The notes under the pieces are model-generated. The model ran no database searches. It saw only the letters and a list, made by a program, of their open reading frames with translations, and had not been told where the DNA came from. Positions 58,606 through 64,000 of a DNA stretch of 64,000 nt are shown one piece after another. The stretch is from Gemmatimonadota bacterium (lineage in GTDB: Bacteria > Gemmatimonadota > Gemmatimonadetes > Longimicrobiales > RSA9), in NCBI GenBank assembly GCA_040905425.1, contig JBBDRO010000050.1:68003-132002 (forward strand), written 5' to 3'. The first letter of the stretch is position 1, and each line of letters opens with the position of its first letter. Position numbers and translations under genes: made by a program.

Positions 58606-59730
58606 TCAGAACTTGAGCAGAACCCCCACGCCCTGCATGTCCAGCATGGGTTCCGGATCCACGAAATCCAGCCCTACCTCCTGCTGCTCCGCCAGGCGGA
58701 TCATGGATTCGACCAGGTCCACCCCGTTGCGCAGCTCGCCGCCACAGTACGGGCACGCCGCGTCCCCATTCGACAGGTAGAAGCCGCACTTGAGGCACCG
58801 GGACCCTTGCATCTCCAGGTTCCGGGCCAGGATGAGGCGATCCACCTTGCCCTCCTGGAGCTGCTCGAGGGCGGCGTCCGGTCCGGCCGCGGCAAAGTGA
58901 TTCTGCTTCACCCTGTCGCGCACCAGATCCACGGCCTCCGCACGGGCGCGGAGGGTTAGGGACTCGAAGAGCGGCGCCAGGCGCTCCAGCAGCTCGCTCA
59001 CCGTGGCGTGCATGGCCGCGTGCGCGCGCTCCACGATGCGCTCCCGGATCACCTTCGGCAGGTACTCCTCGAAGTGCTTGACGTTCTCGTCGGTGCCCAG
59101 CAACACCCAGTGGTCCGGATGGCGCCGTTCGTGGAACTCCGCCACTTCGTGCGCGAACTCCTTCAGGAAGCCCTTGCGCTCCTCCTCCTTGAAGCTCTGG
59201 AAGCCGGCTGAGGCCCAGCCACCCGCCTGCACATCGCGCGCGGTTGGATAGGCTTCCTTGGCCACCACCTTCTCATCCAGCACGCGGCCCAGGAAGACGC
59301 TCATGACGCGGAGCTTCTCGCCGCTGACCAGCGCGATGCCGTAGCGCCGATGGGCGCGCAGGATCTCGGCGAGCGGGCCCACCAGGGGACGGGAACCGAT
59401 CTCGAACCGGTTGGCCATGGGGACGGGGACCTGGAACGCTTCCAGCTCACCGCCATCCAGGGGAACGAAGAGCGCCACACCCTTGTTGCTCTCCTCGAAG
59501 GACTCATCGAGCCAGCGCTGCACGGCCTGCAGCGCCGCGCCCACCGCCTCACGGGGGTGGTTGGCGCGCTCGCTGTCCAGCTCATCGAAGCGGGAGCGTT
59601 GCTGGGTTAGAAAGACCTGGTGGGTACGCTTGTTCTCCGAAGTGACGGACATGTCGAGGTAGATGGACAGGACCTCGGTATCATCCTCGCCTCGCTCGAT
59701 GAGGCGCTGGATATCCTTCCTGGAGATCAT
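58606..59730 (-). CDS. bacterial archaeo-eukaryotic release factor-like (eRF1/Pelota-fold, baeRF) protein with a zinc ribbon
   Basis: Internal ATG at 59730 of ORF 58606..60183, preceded by AAGAGGAG. The central segment DVQAGGWASAGFQSFKEEERKGFLKEFAHEV matches the eRF1/Pelota M-domain pattern (GGQSxxRFxRxREE). The C-terminal domain carries CLKCG...CPYCGG. Confidence 0.65.
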   Translation of the reverse strand: MISRKDIQRLIERGEDDTEVLSIYLDMSVTSENKRTHQVFLTQQRSRFDELDSERANHPREAVGAALQAVQRWLDESFEESNKGVALFVPLDGGELEAFQVPVPMANRFEIGSRPLVGPLAEILRAHRRYGIALVSGEKLRVMSVFLGRVLDEKVVAKEAYPTARDVQAGGWASAGFQSFKEEERKGFLKEFAHEVAEFHERRHPDHWVLLGTDENVKHFEEYLPKVIRERIVERAHAAMHATVSELLERLAPLFESLTLRARAEAVDLVRDRVKQNHFAAAGPDAALEQLQEGKVDRLILARNLEMQGSRCLKCGFYLSNGDAACPYCGGELRNGVDLVESMIRLAEQQEVGLDFVDPEPMLDMQGVGVLLKF

Positions 59731-59833
59731 GGCTCCTCTTTCGCTGGGTGTCGGGATCGCGCCCTGAAGGGGAGCAAGGAGCATGCCCCCTTGCCCCTTC
59801 CTTCGCGGGGCCCCGGAGCCCGTCCGCGCGGTC

Positions 59834-61454
<1,621 letters not shown>

Positions 61455-61510
61455 GCGACGTCCCCGCGCACCTTCCGGGGCGCATGCCTGCCTTCATCCC
61501 ACCCCAGGCT

Positions 61511-62446
61511 TCAGAGCCACCCGCGGCGCCGCAGGAACGTCAGCAGCGCCAAGGTCACGAACGCCATGAGCACCCACACCGCCGGATAGGCCCAGGGGAG
61601 CGCCAGCTCGGGCATGTAGTGGAAGTTCATGCCGTAGATGCCCACGATGAAGGTGAGGGGCACGAAGATCGTGGAGATGATGGTCAGGACCTTGATCACC
61701 TCGTTCATGCGGTTGCTCACCAGCGAGAGGTGGACCTCCATCAAACTCTGCGTGAGGTCCCGCAGCGTCTCCACCGTTTCCACCACCTCCATGGCGTGAT
61801 CCTGCACGTCGCGCAGGTAGGGGAGCGTGGACTCGTGCACCAGTGGCGAATCCCCCCTCAGCAGCGTTGCGATCATCTCGCGCACGGGCCACACGGCCTT
61901 GCGGAGCATGATATTCTCCCGCCTCAGTCGGTGGAGCGCGCTCACCATGGCGGGGGTCTGGGCGGATTCCAGGATGTGGTCCTCCACTTCCTCGAGGCGA
62001 TCGGAAAGACCCGCCAGCACCAGGAAGTAATTGTCCACGATGGTGTCCACCAGCGCATACATGAGGTAATCGGCGCCGCGGCCGCGGATGATGCCCCGTC
62101 CCTCCCGCAGCCGCCGGCGCACGGCGTCGAAGGCATCACCCTCCTGACCCTCCTGGAAGGTGAGCAGGAAGTCCCCGCCGAGCACCATGCTCACCTGCTC
62201 ATAGCGCACCTCTTCGCTGCCGCCGGCCGGCGTGAACATGCGCAGCACCAGGAACACGTAGTCGTCCCTGAGCTCCACCTTGGGTCGCTGCCCCACGTGC
62301 AGCAGGTCTTCGAGCAGCAGGGGATCGATGCGGAAGTGGTTGCCCAGCTCCTCGACCAGGGTGGTGTCCTCGAGGCCTTCCACGTTGATCCACGTGACGC
62401 CCGGGCGGACCCGCAGGCCGATGGCCTCAGCCACCCCGTCCGCCAT
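61511..62446 (-). CDS. corA: CorA magnesium/cobalt transporter; annotated from the first available ATG, but homology continues upstream
   Basis: YGMNFHYMPEL (GMN motif), two C-terminal TM helices, and WINVEGL...IDPLLLEDLLHVGQRPKVE. The conserved N-terminal strand KLGLPAGTLVYTGER lies in frame upstream (62449-62553) with no ATG, GTG or TTG available. Confidence 0.8.
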   Translation of the reverse strand: MADGVAEAIGLRVRPGVTWINVEGLEDTTLVEELGNHFRIDPLLLEDLLHVGQRPKVELRDDYVFLVLRMFTPAGGSEEVRYEQVSMVLGGDFLLTFQEGQEGDAFDAVRRRLREGRGIIRGRGADYLMYALVDTIVDNYFLVLAGLSDRLEEVEDHILESAQTPAMVSALHRLRRENIMLRKAVWPVREMIATLLRGDSPLVHESTLPYLRDVQDHAMEVVETVETLRDLTQSLMEVHLSLVSNRMNEVIKVLTIISTIFVPLTFIVGIYGMNFHYMPELALPWAYPAVWVLMAFVTLALLTFLRRRGWL

Positions 62447-62617
62447 GCGTTCGACATGGCCCTCCGGGCCGTACGTGATGACCTCGATGCGTACGGGCCG
62501 GCCCGTGCGCTCGCCGGTGTATACGAGCGTACCGGCCGGAAGGCCGAGCTTGGGCGCGCGGGAACCGGCCCTAAGCCAGGACGTAGGCGTGCTCCCGCTG
62601 CATGGTGGTGACCGGGC

Positions 62618-63031
62618 TCACGCCACGTCCCCAGGCCGCTCGTCCTCCGCTGGCCTTTCGGCCGGTGGGGCGGCCTCCCGGGATGCCCTGCCGCCAGCGG
62701 CGGAGTCCCTCCTGGACGGCGGACGCGTGCCTGAGGGCGCTTCACCCATGAACGCGCTGCCCACGTCGTTGACGGCCCGCATGGCTTTCTGCGCCACGCC
62801 CATGAGGCCCACCGTGCCGCGGATGACCTTGGGCGCCACGGAGCGCGCGCGCAGTCCGTCCTCCAGGCGTTCCGCGAAGCCCTGCAGCCCGCCCGGTCGT
62901 ACGGTCCGCTCCGGGGCGTACTTCACCTCCAGGAACTCGATGAAGTCCAGCGCTTCGTAGAGTTGCTCGTCCGGCAGCGCCTCGAGCTTCCTCCACAGTC
63001 GCTCGCGCATGATGTCGTGCATCTCCGCCAT
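62618..63031 (-). CDS. DUF2281-like N-terminal domain protein with a disordered C-terminal half
   Basis: Internal ATG at 63031 after GGAGG. MRERLWRKLEALPDEQLYEALDFIEFLEVKY resembles the DUF2281 pattern. The C-terminus is Ala/Pro/Arg/Glu-rich. Confidence 0.55.
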   Translation of the reverse strand: MAEMHDIMRERLWRKLEALPDEQLYEALDFIEFLEVKYAPERTVRPGGLQGFAERLEDGLRARSVAPKVIRGTVGLMGVAQKAMRAVNDVGSAFMGEAPSGTRPPSRRDSAAGGRASREAAPPAERPAEDERPGDVA

Positions 63032-63164
63032 GGCTCCGCCTCCGCTCGTGGAACAGCGCCGCGACACGCGCGCCGCGGTCGCTCGTTGACACTACCCTGC
63101 CAACCCTCTACTGTGCGCCCGAATCCCTACGCGCGGCGTTCGTATCAGGTTGCACAGGAGTTCC

Positions 63165-63995
63165 ATGGCCTTCCTGCCCCTTCGACAGGTGGAACTGCCC
63201 GCCGCCACCACGGCGGCCTACGACGCATGGCTCGCGGGCATTGCCCGGGCGCTGGACGACCCCGCGTGCGATCGTGCCGCGCTGTGCCGCCGCATGCTCA
63301 CCGAAATCTATTACCCCCAGCTGGCCGGCGCCCGCCCGGAGGAGCTGCCGGAGGGGGCGCGGGTGGCACTGCTGCAGATGGATCCGCGCAACGTGACGCT
63401 GGAGCCCGAGTACTATTCGGACGTGGACCCGGAGCGCTATGCGCGGGTGAAGCCGCTGCTCTGGCTCTGGGAGAAGTTCGACAGCTCGCCCCTGGGCGAG
63501 AACATCTACCTGGGCGTGAAGCTGCGCCGGGTACTGGCCCGCCACGTCTTCCGCAGCTGCGGCGCCAACTTCAAGTGCTTCCACCACGTGAAGTTCTCCT
63601 TCGGCTACAACATGGAGGTGGGGGACGACGTGGTCATCCACCGGCACGTGCTGCTGGACGACCGCGGCGGCATCCGTATGGGGAACCGCGTGTCCGTGGC
63701 CGACTTCGCCAACATCTACAGCCACACGCACGACATCGCCGACCAGCGGGACGTGTACGCCCCCGCCACCGTGCTGGGCGACGGCGCGCGGGTGACCTAC
63801 CACGGCACCGTGCTAGCGGGCGTGGAGTTGGAACCGGACGCCATGCTCGGGGCCCTGGGACTGGCCACCAAGCCGATCCAGGCCGGGCAGGTGGCGCTGG
63901 GCATTCCCGCACGGGCCAAATTCCACAAGCCGCCGCCCACGGAGCGCCCCGAGCACCCCCGCACCCGCGATCCGCTGGCGGACCCGCCGGAGTAG
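63165..63995 (+). CDS. left-handed beta-helix (hexapeptide-repeat) acyltransferase with an N-terminal extension
   Basis: ATG at 63165 after AGGAG. Hexapeptide repeats: VGDDVVIHRHVLLDDRGGIRMGNRVSVADFANIYSH, LGDGARVTYHGTVLAGVELEPDAMLGA. Confidence 0.75.
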   Translation: MAFLPLRQVELPAATTAAYDAWLAGIARALDDPACDRAALCRRMLTEIYYPQLAGARPEELPEGARVALLQMDPRNVTLEPEYYSDVDPERYARVKPLLWLWEKFDSSPLGENIYLGVKLRRVLARHVFRSCGANFKCFHHVKFSFGYNMEVGDDVVIHRHVLLDDRGGIRMGNRVSVADFANIYSHTHDIADQRDVYAPATVLGDGARVTYHGTVLAGVELEPDAMLGALGLATKPIQAGQVALGIPARAKFHKPPPTERPEHPRTRDPLADPPE

Positions 63996-64000
63996 CCGAT

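Noticed and set aside
62571-62603. A prfB-style programmed +1 frameshift site at the TAG ending the short MQREHAYVLA frame upstream of corA.
   Set aside because: The context is GCU-UAG-G, not a slippery CUU-UGA-C-type site. There is no upstream Shine-Dalgarno-like stimulator at the right spacing. An assembly indel or a real mutation is more parsimonious, so I kept it only as one option within the corA finding.
62618-62620. The in-frame TGA between the DUF2281-like ORF and the corA frame as a selenocysteine or read-through codon producing a fusion protein.
   Set aside because: I could see no SECIS-like hairpin immediately downstream. The fusion has no biological precedent that I know of, and the in-frame arrangement has a one-in-three chance of occurring by coincidence.

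Overview
High-GC (about 70%) bacterial chromosomal window, densely coding, with about 50 genes. I recognised no rRNA, tRNA, CRISPR array, transposase, integrase or prophage. I cannot assign a taxon from the sequence alone. Most long ORFs in the six-frame track are Arg/Pro/Ala/Gly-rich antisense or out-of-frame artefacts of the GC content. Gene calls below rest on recognisable family motifs, start-codon and Shine-Dalgarno context, and translational coupling. Layout: (1) 312-16867, a seven-gene, almost gap-free operon for the trehalose/alpha-glucan cycle (glgE, treS-pep2 fusion, malQ, glgB, treZ, a GH57 enzyme, treY). (2) 17.7-21.5 kb, an ECF sigma / zinc-finger anti-sigma / repeat-bearing membrane protein / toast-rack (LiaF-C-like) protein / small TM protein module. 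(3) 21.5-28 kb, housekeeping genes on the minus strand (SAM hydroxide adenosyltransferase-like, Mrp/ApbC, Nfu, P5C dehydrogenase, YpdA-type reductase, a PLP trans-sulfuration enzyme). (4) 28.3-30.6 kb, an uncharacterised protein (P1) next to a STAS-GHKL ATPase gene translationally coupled to a STAS-like/wHTH gene. (5) PfkB and ROK sugar kinases, lepA, an M28 peptidase and a glycosyltransferase. (6) DUF58 and BatA-like genes without a MoxR ATPase, preceded by a 519-bp repeat-rich gap, then mfd. (7) Two SurA/parvulin PPIases, then pdxA-ftsE-ftsX-envC-like-holB, then moaC. (8) A peptidoglycan-remodelling cluster (an SLT protein, an Ig-like + N-formylglutamate-amidohydrolase-like lipoprotein, two MltD-like paralogs). 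It is coupled to a paralog of P1 (P2) and to a bacterial eRF1/Pelota-like (baeRF) protein. (9) guaB, corA (its conserved N-terminus has no start codon), a DUF2281-like orphan and a hexapeptide acyltransferase. The items most worth follow-up are the baeRF-like protein with GGQ changed to GGW plus the P1/P2 paralog family, the STAS-GHKL / STAS-wHTH pair, the corA start anomaly, the FGase-like lipoprotein among lytic transglycosylases, and the G/N-rich microsatellite insertion in the GH57 enzyme.
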